Source: Podarcis tiliguerta
Taxonomy: Eukaryota
NCBI GenBank assembly: GCA_965153285.1
Contig: OZ229129.1
DNA length: 64,000 bases
Direction: 5' to 3' (one strand)
Under the pieces are notes generated by a model. That model was not told the origin of the DNA. It searched no databases and was given only the letters and a program-made list of their open reading frames with translations. Position 1 is the stretch's first letter; every line of letters starts with the position of its first letter. The position numbers and the translations under genes are program-made. Shown here one piece after another: positions 12,346 through 24,503 of the stretch.

Positions 12346-13860
12346 TCATAGAATCATACAACTGTAGAGTTGGAAGGGACCTTGAGGGTCATCTAATCCA
12401 ACCCCCTGCAATGCAGCAATCTTAACTGAAGTATCCATGACTGATGGCCATCCAACCTCTGCTTAGAAACCTCAGTAGAAGGAGAATCCACAATCTCCCA
12501 ATGGAATCCAGTCAACTGTCGAACAGCTCTTACTGTCAGAAAGTTCTTCCTGATTTTTAGCCCGAATCTCCTTTCTTGTGACTTGAAGCCATTGGTTTGA
12601 ACCCTCCAGAGCAGGAGAAAACAAGCTTGCTGCATCTTCCATAGGAAAGCCCTTTAGATATTTGACGAGCGCTATCTTATTTTCTCTCAGACTCCTCTTT
12701 TCCAGGCTAAACATGCCCAGCTCCCTCAACCATTCCTCATGAGACTTGGTTTCCAGACCCTTGATCACCTTGGTCACCCTCCTCTGCACATTTTCTACCT
12801 TGTCCATATCTTTCTTAAATTGTGGCACTCAGAACTTGACTCAGTATTTCAGGTCTGGTCCAACCAAGGCAGAATAGACTGGTACTATTTCTTCCCTTGA
12901 TCAACACTTCTGTTGATATAGCCTAGAATAGCATTAGTTCCCTACCCCACCCCTCTGCATCGCACTATTGACTCATGTTACCCTTGGGGTCTACTGAGAC
13001 CCCTAGGTCCTTTTCACAACTGGCAAGCCTGGTGTCTTGCATCTTATATTTATGCAGCTCGTTCTTTCTGGCTAAATGTAGAAGCGGACATTTGTCCCAA
13101 CTGAAATTCATTTTGTTAGTTTGGGCCCAGTTCTCTAATCTGTTAAGGTCATATTGGATCCCATTTCTGTCTTCTGTGGCATTAGCTAGCCCTCCCATTT
13201 GGTGTCATCTGCAAAGTTGATGAGCTTCCCTTCAATTCCTTTGTCCAAGACATTTATAAAAACATTGAACTACTGTGGGCCCGGGTCAGAACTCTGCGAT
13301 ACCCCTCTTGTCACTTTTTTCCAGGATGATGAGGAACCAATAATGAACACTTAGGGTTCTGTCAGTCAGCCTTTTACAAATCTACCTCATCCAGCCCACA
13401 TTTTATCAGCTTCTGCGCAAGAATATCATGGAAGACTTCATCAAAAGCCTTACCGAAATTGAGATACCCTATGTCCACCACATTCCCCTGATCTACTAAA
13501 CTTGTAACTCTATCAAAGAAAGAATGAAATTCATCTGGCATGATTTCTTTTTGACAAACCCATGCTGAGCCTTAGTAATCACAACATCCTTTTCTAAGTG
13601 GTCACAGACTGACGGTTGAATTATCTGTTCTTGGACCTTTCCTGGAACTGATGTTAAGCTGACCTGTCAGTAGTTTTCTGGGTCCTCTCCCTCTGCTTTC
13701 AAGATGGAGACAACATTTGCTTGCCTCCAGTTTGCAAGGACCTCACTTGTTCTCCAATAATTCTCAAATATTATAGACAGAGGCTCTGAGATTACAGTAC
13801 ATCTGCAAGCTCATCAGGCCCTGGAGATTCAAATTCATTTTAAGTAGCTGGGTGTTCCCT
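12346..13860 (-). mobile_element. CR1 LINE ORF2 3' portion, decayed
   Basis: PQFKKDMDKVENVQRRVTK and IQYDLNRLENW peptides; catagaat tail. Confidence 0.9.
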
Positions 13861-16329
13861 TACCTCCTATTTTGGGTTGCAGCTCAAGAAGGCAATGCTT
13901 GTGGAATGTACAGTTCCAGTTTCAGGGCCAATTTTTATTATGATTCATCCACGTACTTCTCCTGTTCAAGTGTGTGTGAGTGTGCTTAAGCTGTGTGTTT
14001 TCCACTTTCAGCTGTATCTGGTTTATCAGACATATTTGCCTATTAATCAGTGGTGCAGATTACAACTCCAATCTTTATAGAAGGTGCTCTGGACCATAGT
14101 ACCAAAGACCTTAGTTCTAACTAAAGAGCTCATCCACTCTTACGTTCTTGCCCATGCTTTCTAGGCATAGGTCCGCACCTTCCTGGTCTGTGTCCGAGTG
14201 CTTGGGTTTTTTGCCGCACCACTTCCCCCAGGAAAACCCACTCTTTAATGCTGAATCAGATCAAATGGCAATTCGGGTTCCCCACAGATTGCTGTTTGCT
14301 CTGATTCAGTGGTAAAGAGTGGGTTTTCTTGGGGAAAGCACCATGACCCAAAAGAGAGAAAAAGCAGTAGGAAAGGGAGTTTTAAAGCACAGATATGTGC
14401 TTAAAAATGAAGAGCACAGGCAAGTGCGGATGAGCCCTGATTTGAAAAGAGGAATTGCAATCACCCTTCCTCCTCTATATGTAGCTGTGTAAAAGGCAGA
14501 TTCCTTGCTATGGTTCATTAGAAAAGGAACTGGAAATAAAACTGCAAATACCATAACTCCATTTTGCATATCTATGGTGTGGCCACATTTGCACAGATTT
14601 GGTTGCTTTACCACTAAAAGGATATTATGGAGTTGGAAAAGGTTCAGAAAAGGGCCACCAGAATGGTCAAGGGGATGGTGCAATTCCCCTAAGAAGAAAG
14701 AAGACTTTTTAGTTTAGGGAAAAGACAAATAAGAGGCAACATGATGGGAGTTTATAAAATGATGCATGTCATGGAGAAAATGCACAGAGAAATTTCTCTC
14801 TCTCTCATAACTCCTTCTTTGGAGTCTCCTTCTTTGGAGGTCTTTAAGCAGGGGCTTGACAACCATATGTCAGGAGTGCTCTGATGGTGTTTCTTGCTTG
14901 GCAGGGGGTTGGACTCGATGGCCCTTGTGGTCTCTTCCAACTCTATGATTCTATGAACTCTAGAACTCCTGGACATCCAACGAAACTGAAAATTAGAAGA
15001 TTTAGGATGGATAAAAGAAAGTCCTTCACATAACTATGAAACTCATTCTCACAGGAGACAGTGATGGTCACTAACCTGGATGGCTTTAAAAAGAAGATTA
15101 GACACTTTCATGAAGGTGGAGAGAGCTATCAATGGCTACTAGCCATGATGGCTGTGCTTTCATGTTCAGAGGCAGTAATGCTTCTGAATACCAATGGCTG
15201 GAAACCACAGAGGGGAAGTGTGTTGCCCTTGTTCATGGCATCTGGGTGGCCACTGTGAGAACAGGATACCGGACTTGATGGGCCTGATCCATCAGGCTCT
15301 TCTTAAGTTATTTCTGAGTCCACACCTGCCCTCAGTAGATGACCCTTCTACAGTACTGTGTTGTGTCACTTTTATCTGCCACTATTTCCTCCAGAGGAGA
15401 ATTGTCTTTTTGGATATCTATGGCACCCCCTTCCCTCATCTGCATTCCAGGCTCCTGGGTAGAAGGGAGGGCTGTGAAAGCAGCTTAATCTGTAGATCTG
15501 ACTAAATTCTACTAGCAGATCTATGTCATCCTCCTGGAGGCAGGCTAGGGCATTGCTGAGAAGGCAAAAAAGGAAGAGCCAAGATTAGCAGCAGGGAGGA
15601 AAGGTGGCTGCCAGGAGCAGATTAGAGACAGACACAGCAGCAGCAGGGAAGCAGGCAGGCAGGCAGGCAGAGCTTGGCAGGGTGGGAATGAATGCATGTT
15701 GGAGGAGAGGTACAGAGGGGAGAAGACTATGGGGCAAATGGAAGAAGTAGTGGAAATGCTGAGGGCAGACCTCACCACACATCTGGTTCCCATGTCGGTG
15801 GGAAGAGGAGGATGTGAGCACATTAGTGGGCTCAGAATGCCCAGGACTATCCCAATTCCCCTCCAGGCTCTCTGGCAGAAAGTGGCCCCACAACAATTAT
15901 GCTGGAAAGGAATCTCTCTGTCTCTCTCCCTCTCCCCCTCTCCCTGGAAACCCCAGGCAGGGAGAGGGCTCTTGTGCTTGGATCCCACTTGCATAATCGG
16001 CATCTGGTTGGTCACTGTGAGAACAGGATGCTGGACTAGGTGGGACCCCCTTTGGCCTGATCCAGCAGAGTTCTTCTCATATTTTCGTGTCCTTATGTTC
16101 TTATATCTTTCACCTGTGGATCTAAGGCTGCTGTGGGTAAGTATATAAGATAGAGAACTCCCCTGCCCCATAGACAGATGGAACAAGAATCTGCCTGGCT
16201 GAAAACATTCAAGACCAAAGTATTTTAACTTTGTGAAGTCCACTGGAACAAGGATTTATTTTATTTTATTTTATTTTATTAGAAATATTTCTGCATATGT
16301 AGTGAACCATCTGCAAAATAACTATTTAA

Positions 16330-16581
<252 letters not shown>

Positions 16582-17477
16582 TAGGTGGTGGTTTTGCTTC
16601 CCAAAGGCATGTCTTCCTTACTCAGCACCCGCCATCACCTCCTGGAAGGGATTGAGCCTCTCAGCTGAAATGGGCACCAGAGGGTTCACCTTGGGCATCT
16701 TCCTCTGGCCTTCCTGCAGCTTGACTAGCATCTCCTGCTGCCCAAGCATCTTCACAGCCCTACAACCAACCTGAGTGTGTCACAGACACTGCAGGTTAGG
16801 CTCCACTGGGAAGAGTCAGCTGCCATGCAACTTTTCTGGAGACCACAGCTCAGGGGTAGTAGGAGGATATGATAAAGTATGCAGCCACTGGATCAATCCC
16901 GACAGCTTAGAGGAACCTGAAGTGCAGAATGGGGTGGGGGTGGGGATCTCTGCCTTTCCCTGTCTGAGCTGTCAGCATAATCATATCACATGAGCCGTTG
17001 GCCTGACTTAGTAGGCACTTTCTCATTTTACTGACGGTCTTAATGATTTGCAGGATGTTGTTCAAAATCCCTGGTTCAGTCCATCTCCTCCTCCCTTGGT
17101 CTTGTAGAAGACTTGTCACTCCAACTCACAAGGAATAAAGCTTCAGCAGAATGTTCTTGGTATTTTTTTTGCAGTTTAATGACTCCCAATCCCGGAGTGC
17201 CTTTGTGTCCCTTTGTACTGGGAGAAGCATGTGCTGCTTATGCAGCTTTAAGAGTATGCATTGCAATCCCCCATAGAAATGTGTGGATGTGAGCATTTGG
17301 ATTACAGTGATCATGTCAGAAAGCAGTGGGCTACAGGAGCACAACCCGCTCTCAGGAAATGTCCATTTGGCCAACAGTTTGCCTGGGAAACTCCTTGCTT
17401 GCAATAGAAGAACAGGGTTGGCAACAGTGGGTTTAACACCTGGATATTCCATTGGCAGTGGTCATTGTTTCTTGTAG

Positions 17478-17560
17478 ATTGACCATTCATGCGGAGTGTC
17501 CGATGCACCTGGAGGACTTCCCAATGGATGTGCATGCCTGTCCACTGAAGTTTGGGAGCT
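17478..17560 (+). CDS. GABRA3: GABRA3 exon 6 equivalent (Cys-loop): [27 protein letters not shown]
   Basis: 83 nt, ttgtag acceptor, gtaagt donor; C-x13-C Cys-loop signature. Confidence 0.98.
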
Positions 17561-17957
17561 GTAAGTACTTTCCCGACAGCACAAGCAAAGTGTCCTTGCA
17601 TTCTTGGCTTGAAGGCAGCAGGTATGGGTCCTTGGCAGGCTAGCTATCAAGCGAGCAAACATCCCTGAGAGTGTGAGCTTATGCGACATCCTGCATTGCT
17701 ATGAACCTCTATTTTCAAAGTGGCCTTCCAAAGTGAAGCTGTCATTTTAAGGTAATTTTTCCCTCACAGATAAATTAATTTTGAGGTTTACACCTTATAC
17801 AGAATTGGGTGAAAATTGATTGTAGGACAGCAGTCTCTAGAAAAACCCCTTCCTGTAGAATACCATGCTCCCCTTAATTGTCTTAATTCTTTCTAATATT
17901 GTATTTTTGAATTATTGTAATCCACTCATCATCAACTAAAACAATTATTTCACATGT

Positions 17958-18342
17958 AAGGTAAGGTAAAGGTAAAGGACCCCTGGATGGTTAAGTCCAG
18001 TCAAAGGTGATTATGAGGTGCGGTGCTCATCTTGCTTCAGGCTGAGGGAGCCGGCATTTGTCCACAGACAGTTTTCCGGGTCGTGTGGCCAGCATGACTG
18101 AACCACTTCTGGTATGACGGTACACTGTGACGGAAACCAGAGCGTACAGAAACACCATTTACCTTCCCACCGCAGCGGTACCTATTTATTTACTTGCACT
18201 GGTATGCTTTTGAACTGCTAGGTTGGCAGTAGCTGGGACAGAGCATTGGGAGCTCACCCCATCTCTTGGATTCGAGTTGCTGACCTTCCGATTGGCAAGC
18301 CCAAGACACTCAGTGGTTTAGACCACAGTGCCTCCCACTCCC
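17958..18342 (-). mobile_element. Sauria SINE
   Basis: aaggtaaaggt tail and taggttggcag body; flanking duplication attattt(t)cacatgt. Confidence 0.88.
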
Positions 18343-19385
18343 TATTATTTCACATGTCTCTCTATGCACTGCAGTATAAGAAATCACAAGCTCACATGCA
18401 TACAGACCAGTCTAAAGGAAAGCATCAAATAACTGCAAATGTTGTGCTTTGTTTAATAATGATAATGATAATAATAAATTGAACCCAAATCAATATTTGA
18501 TCAATCGGCTAGTGGAAGATTTCCTTGGAACATGATATGGAAATGGGATCAATGTTGCTTTGCCATACTGGATCTGAGAGCTCCTGGACCTGGTGGCCCT
18601 ATGACCCCCCCCCCACTCCCCTCTGCTCAACCAGTGGAAATATATTTAGTAGACAGAGGTGCCCCACTGCCAGCTGGTGTGTCAAGCCAAGAGTCTGGTT
18701 CCCACAGGTGTGGCCAGCCTGGCAAACATCTGGTATCTCTTTGACATGGCGCCTTAGATGCCTCTCCTTGGGTCTCCATTTGGCCACAGACTTGGCTGCT
18801 TTTGTGGCCTCTGTTTGTCTGCCATGAGCAGCCAGGTCTAATTGGAGCAACACATGAGCAGCACAACTGAACCTCCCAAGTCAACAGGTCCTATCCAATT
18901 GCTGCTTCTGCTGCTTCAGAGCCTGATGGAAAGGAGGTGCTGCCACAGCGCCTGCAGGCCCCCACTGAGGTTGCCTTCTGGGACAAGCCTCTGAGTGTGG
19001 GCTTAATATTTTCCACCTGCTTTGGCTAACTTGAGTACCCACTGATGCTTCAGCTGGGATGCAGTCCAGAAATATCTCCAGTGGTCCAGTAGCCTGGTTA
19101 TCGGAGAGGCCAATGGAAGCCGCTGGAACCACCACTAGTCTTTTGCAGGACGTGGAAGATCTCAGGTGGCAGCCTCCTTCCCTCCCACACCTTGAGGGAG
19201 TGCAGGGTTTCAGTCAGGCGTCTCTGTGTCAGATACAGCTTTCTAATGGGTGTCTCTTTTCCTGGAGTTGGGGTTGACCTTTGGAAGCCATTCTGGGCAC
19301 CATTTTGGAGATGTTCCTCATTGGGCAGGAGCTGCCAGGGTGTAGCTAAACCTCCTCCATCCCATCCTTTCTGCTTTCTCCACAG

Positions 19386-19520
19386 ATGCTTACACCAAGA
19401 CAGAGGTGATCTACACCTGGACCCATGGGAAAGTGGAAGTGGCCGAAGAAGGCTCCCGCCTGAATCAGTACGACCTCCTTGGCCACAATGTGGGGAGAGA
19501 CTCCATTGAATCCAGCACAG
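19386..19520 (+). CDS. GABRA3: GABRA3 exon 7 equivalent: (Y)[44 protein letters not shown]
   Basis: 135 nt, cacag acceptor, gtaatg donor; [11 protein letters not shown] motif. Confidence 0.97.
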
Positions 19521-20565
19521 GTAATGGAGAGCCTCCTTGGATGGTTTCCTGCAGGGTGTCGGACTACATGACCCTTGGGCATCCCTTCCAACTCTACAAT
19601 TCTATGATTCTCCATGATGAGCAGGAACCACAAAGGCAGGACTAAACGTCTCACTTGTTTAACGAGGCTTACAATACTAAAAAGCCCAAGCCCTGGTAAA
19701 AGAGGAATTGGGGCTTTTTTGCCTAGCGCCTAAAGCTATGTAGTGATGGCACCAGGTAATCCTCCCTGGGGATAGCATTGCACAGGTGGGGGGGGGGCAC
19801 CTACAACTGAAAACACCCAGTTCTTCTGTCCCTACCTCCCACAGATGGGACACTCAGAGATTGGTCTCAGGTGAAAACTGCAGGGTCAGTTGTTTTGTAG
19901 CCCCTCCTTTTCACAAATAGGCCACTATAGAGGTGGCATTGGCAAAGGTGTTGCCAAGGAGGAAGCAGATCCAGCTTCCAAGGAGCATGCCACAGCCATT
20001 GGTGCCACAGTGGCAGAGGCAGTGGTGGTGGTGGCAGCAGCAGCAGTTGGTGATGCATTCCTTGGAGGTCAGATCTGTAGATCCCCTCAAGGTGGCCCCC
20101 TTACCTTGCCTCCTGGGTAGGCCAACCCTGAGGAGGGTGGCAGTGCAAGAACGGGCCTTTTCAGTGGTGGCTCCCTGCTTGTGCAGTACTCTCCCCAGGG
20201 AGGCTCACCTTCCTCCTTCCTTACATATCTTCAGGTGCCAGGCAAAAACTTTCCTCTTTAATCAGGTCTTTGGCCTTTAACTATCTGTGACCTTTTAGAA
20301 GTGGGTGGGATGCTTTAAACGTATTCCCTCCCCTTGCCTTTAATGTATGTGGGGTTTAATCTATATGGAGTGTGTGTTTGTTTGTTTGTTGTTTGTTTGT
20401 TTGTTTGGCTGGCTGTAAGTTGCCTTGGGTTGCCCTGGGCAAGATAAAGTGACTGACAAATTTAATAAATAAAAACAAAAACGATTGCTTTCCACTGCAG
20501 GCTGTATCTCAACAATCATGTTTACTGGCAAGGATGCAAAAAAAGAAAAGAAAAAAGGCAAATAA

Positions 20566-20901
<336 letters not shown>

Positions 20902-21464
20902 TGATGACAGACATTTGCATAAGGCTTAAACTCTGAGGTTTCCCCCAGGAATATCTGCTAGCCATGATGGCTATGTCCTCCCTCCACTGTCAGAGGCAGT
21001 AGTGCTTTTGATTATCAGTTGCTGCGAACTGCAGGTAGGGATCCAGTTGGCTGCTGTGACCACAAGGTGCTGAACCAGCTCTTTAAATCAGGGGTGGCTA
21101 ACCAATGCTGCTGCACTCCAACTCCCAGCAGCCAGAGTGGCTAATGGTCAGGGATAGTGATGATGATGGGATTTGTAGTCCAACATCACCTTGAGGGCTC
21201 CTACAGGTTCCCTATTTTAAGTGTCTTGCTAATTTAATCCTGCAACATAATTGTATAATTAGACACAGCTTCCCTGGTGTTGACAATGGGACTGTGCTCA
21301 GGTACGGCACTGGCTCCTTCCACCTTTTCTTGGGGCATCTAGGGCAGTGGCCGCTGTGACAAAGCAGCCCAAGGAGGCTCAATGGATCCCCTACTGCCCT
21401 CAAGAGGGAGAAAACCTCCTGTGGCCCCATGTCAGCAGTGCCTTTTCTGGTTTTGTTCCCACAG

Positions 21465-21676
21465 GAGTCACCACGGTCCTGACCATGACCACCCTGAGCA
21501 TCAGTGCAAGAAACTCCTTGCCCAAAGTGGCATACGCAACGGCCATGGACTGGTTCATGGCTGTCTGTTATGCCTTTGTGTTCTCTGCACTGATTGAGTT
21601 TGCTGCCGTCAACTACTTCACTAAACGCAGCTGGTCCTGGGATGGCAAGAAGGTTCTGGAGGCCCAGGAATTGAAG
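21465..21676 (+). CDS. GABRA3: GABRA3 exon 9 equivalent (TM2-TM3): (G)[70 protein letters not shown]
   Basis: 212 nt, cacag acceptor, gtgaga donor; TM2 motif [10 protein letters not shown]. Confidence 0.98.
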
Positions 21677-21770
21677 GTGAGAGAGGGAGTCATTGGAGGG
21701 AGCAGAAGAGAAACAAAGAGGGAGAGCAATCAGAACTTGACGTACAAGAAGAGGCATTGAAACCTTACTT

Positions 21771-22111
21771 TGGTTGATCCCAAAGTGGGTGGTAGCACAC
21801 CCTGGGGGGTGGGATTCCCTAGGGGGTAGCAGGGGGTGCAGGAGGAGTAAATGACTATCAGATTTTGGAAAGCTGCTATCACTGGATCAAATTCATCAGT
21901 TTTGTTGAATTAATTAAATGGAAGGGTTTTAATTGGATTTTGAATAAATGTGCAATTAATTGTCACTGTTTTGACTTATATGGTGTTGTTATCTCCCTTA
22001 GTGTGTTAGGCAAACTGCTATTCTGAATAGTGCTTTTGTAGGGTATGGGGCACTGGGGGTGAGTTCATGGAACCAAGGGGGGATTCGCCCTCAAAAGTTT
22101 GAGAACCTCTG
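21771..22111. mobile_element. hAT-type MITE in the last GABRA3 intron
   Basis: 8-bp TSD ccttactt / ccttactc; degenerate TIRs (tggttgatcccaaa ... tttgagaacctctg). Confidence 0.8.
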
Positions 22112-22153
22112 CCTTACTCCAAACAGAGCTAAACATCAATGTTTTGCAGCCCA

Positions 22154-22185
22154 GGGAGGGAGGGAGGGAGGGAGGGAGGGAGGGA

Positions 22186-22224
<39 letters not shown>
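22154..22224. repeat. (AGGG)n-(AAAG)n microsatellite
   Basis: Read directly. Confidence 0.95.
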
Positions 22225-22225
<1 letters not shown>

Positions 22226-22986
22226 GTCCATTGCTGCTGCTGCCCTTAATCCCCCCCTTTGCTTATCCTGTATGGCTTTTACGCATCACCAAAGTAGCTC
22301 TGAGAATAACTATAACCCAGAAGCATTTTTTCACCTGTGAAAGGCCAGTTGGCTTCCCACATCAGTGGAGATGATCTCAAGCCCTGCAATGTGTTAAATG
22401 TCACCTGGAATTACACAGATGACCTGCTGTATAAAGGGGTTGAGAAATCACATAGATACTGCTCCTGTTCTAAAAGGGGGGAGGGGGAGAGAAGAGAAGA
22501 GCCCTACCTGCAGATTCCCTGTGGTGTGAGGCAGCACACGTACATGATTTGAGATCTCACTGGCCATAAATTTCCTGTTGGAGATGCCATGTTTGGCAAG
22601 GACTTGTAGCATTTGCAGCTCACAACATGGTTTACTCCGGGAACATTGGAAGCTGCTTTATACTGAGTCAGACAGTTGGTTCATCTGACTCAGCATTGTA
22701 TACACTGACAATACTCTTCAAGGTATCAGGCCGGGGATCTCTCCCATCCCTGCCTGGAGATGCCATTGGGGATTGAACCTGATACCTTCTGCATGCAAAG
22801 CAGATGCTCCCCTTCCCTCTGATCCAGGTTTGACGGGGTGCATTTTTGAATTGCACCAAGTTCATCTGGTTGGGGTTTTTTTTTTTTTTTTTGGTTTTTT
22901 TTGCAAGCCTTTTATTTCTGCAGTAGCGAGTGTTTCTGGGAGCTGTTTCTGGGCTGGTTTCCAAAGACTTTTTCATTCCTCCTCAG

Positions 22987-23346
22987 AAAAAAGAGCCCGT
23001 CATGCTGGCAAAGAAGACCAATAACACCTACAACATTGTTGGCACAACGTATGCCCTCAATATCACCAAGGAGCCAGGCCTGCCCACCATTGCCAAGAGC
23101 GCATCAGCAACTACAGCCACACCTGTCACGGCTGCTGCTGCTGCCGCCGCTGCTGCTGCACCCCCAAAGGTGGCCCGGTTGGAAGAGAAGCCCCCTGAGA
23201 ACAAGAAGACCTACAACAGTGTCAGCAAGGTAGACAAAATGTCCCGCATCGTCTTTCCGGTCTTGTTCACCATTTTCAACATGGTGTACTGGGCGACGTA
23301 CGTCAACCGGGAGTCGGCTATCAAGGGCATGATCCCCAAGGAATGA
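22987..23346 (+). CDS. GABRA3: GABRA3 terminal coding exon (intracellular loop, TM4, stop)
   Basis: cctcag acceptor; reads [22 protein letters not shown]...[42 protein letters not shown] then TGA. Confidence 0.97.
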   Translation, partial: KKEPVMLAKKTNNTYNIVGTTYALNITKEPGLPTIAKSASATTATPVTAAAAAAAAAAPPKVARLEEKPPENKKTYNSVSKVDKMSRIVFPVLFTIFNMVYWATYVNRESAIKGMIPKE

Positions 23347-24497
23347 AGCAAGCCCCTCGCCCCTCTTCCATCTGTCCATGTGGCCCAGGCAGAGGAGTCT
23401 CTATGGGGGCTCCTTTGTCCCCCGGCTGGTTCTATATTAATTTTATCTTCTTATTAATTTTATCAGCTGACTTATTCCTTCTCCCCATGCAAATCAAACT
23501 GTGATTTTTTACAAGGATAACCCCAAGAACTTTTCATTTGTTACTTGTTTGGTCTCTTCTATTTTGTTGTTGTTGTGGAGGTGTGTGGAGGTATGTGTTG
23601 AGAGGACGTATAATAGAAAAGTGGTGCCTCCCGCGTGGTGAGTCTGACATCCTTCTCCCCAGAGTCCCCTGCTTGCCCCACACCAATGGGAGCTGGCTTC
23701 ATTCCCAGTTCATTTCATGCTAAATTCTGCTGAGGAATGCAGGGCAGTTTCTTCTTCCCTTCTAGTGACATCTGATGGTCTGCCCTGGTGTCTCCAGTGG
23801 TCACCTTTCTCATCCCTTGGTGAGTTTGTCTTGGTGGTTCCTCTTCTGCTGTGCTTCTTTCCTCCAATGATGGGGGTGGGAAATTGTGGCCCTTCAGATG
23901 TTGCTGAACTGCAACTCCTATCAGCTCCAGCAAGCAGGGATGTTGGGAGTTGTAGCTTGGAAATATTGGGTGCATTTGGGGGATAGGGGACAGTGCACCC
24001 CATCCTCTGATGATGAGGCCTCCCAGAACCACACAGATCCCTCCTACCCTGGGTGTCTCCTTCCCTCTGCAGTTTTTAAGCAGGGAAAAGCAACCAGACC
24101 CTCTTTCCTTTTCCACACCCCACGCAAATGAGAGGTGACCCAGTTCTCCGTGCCTACCAGTGGGGAGGGGACTGGTGGCACCACAAATTATGGGTGGCTA
24201 GTTTGCTGAGTCAAACTTTATAACCCCCTGAACAAAAGTAAGCCTGTGGGATGTTAGATGGCTTTGGAGCATAGGATAGGATATTCTTCATTATTTATCC
24301 TTCCTCATGCTCACTTGTGTGAGTTTATCGTCTGGTTAGCAAAGTTTAAAATTACCATCCCTTTGTGGTATAAAATGTGGAAACTTCTAGGACAAGGTTG
24401 CTTAACCTTAATAATTATCCAGGGTGTTCTAGCTGACTGGACCTTCCCCCTTTTATTCCTAGAAACGAAAGAATAACACAGAAGTCTGTCATGTAAG

Positions 24498-24503
24498 AAT
24501 AAA
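24498..24503 (+). promoter_or_regulatory. Candidate GABRA3 polyadenylation signal
   Basis: AATAAA followed by T/GT-rich sequence about 1.15 kb after the stop; usage not demonstrable from sequence. Confidence 0.35.

Noticed and set aside
15545-16243. 232-aa minus-strand ORF and overlapping 150-aa plus ORF
   Set aside because: Intronic, runs through simple repeats and a CR1-type tail, no recognisable domain
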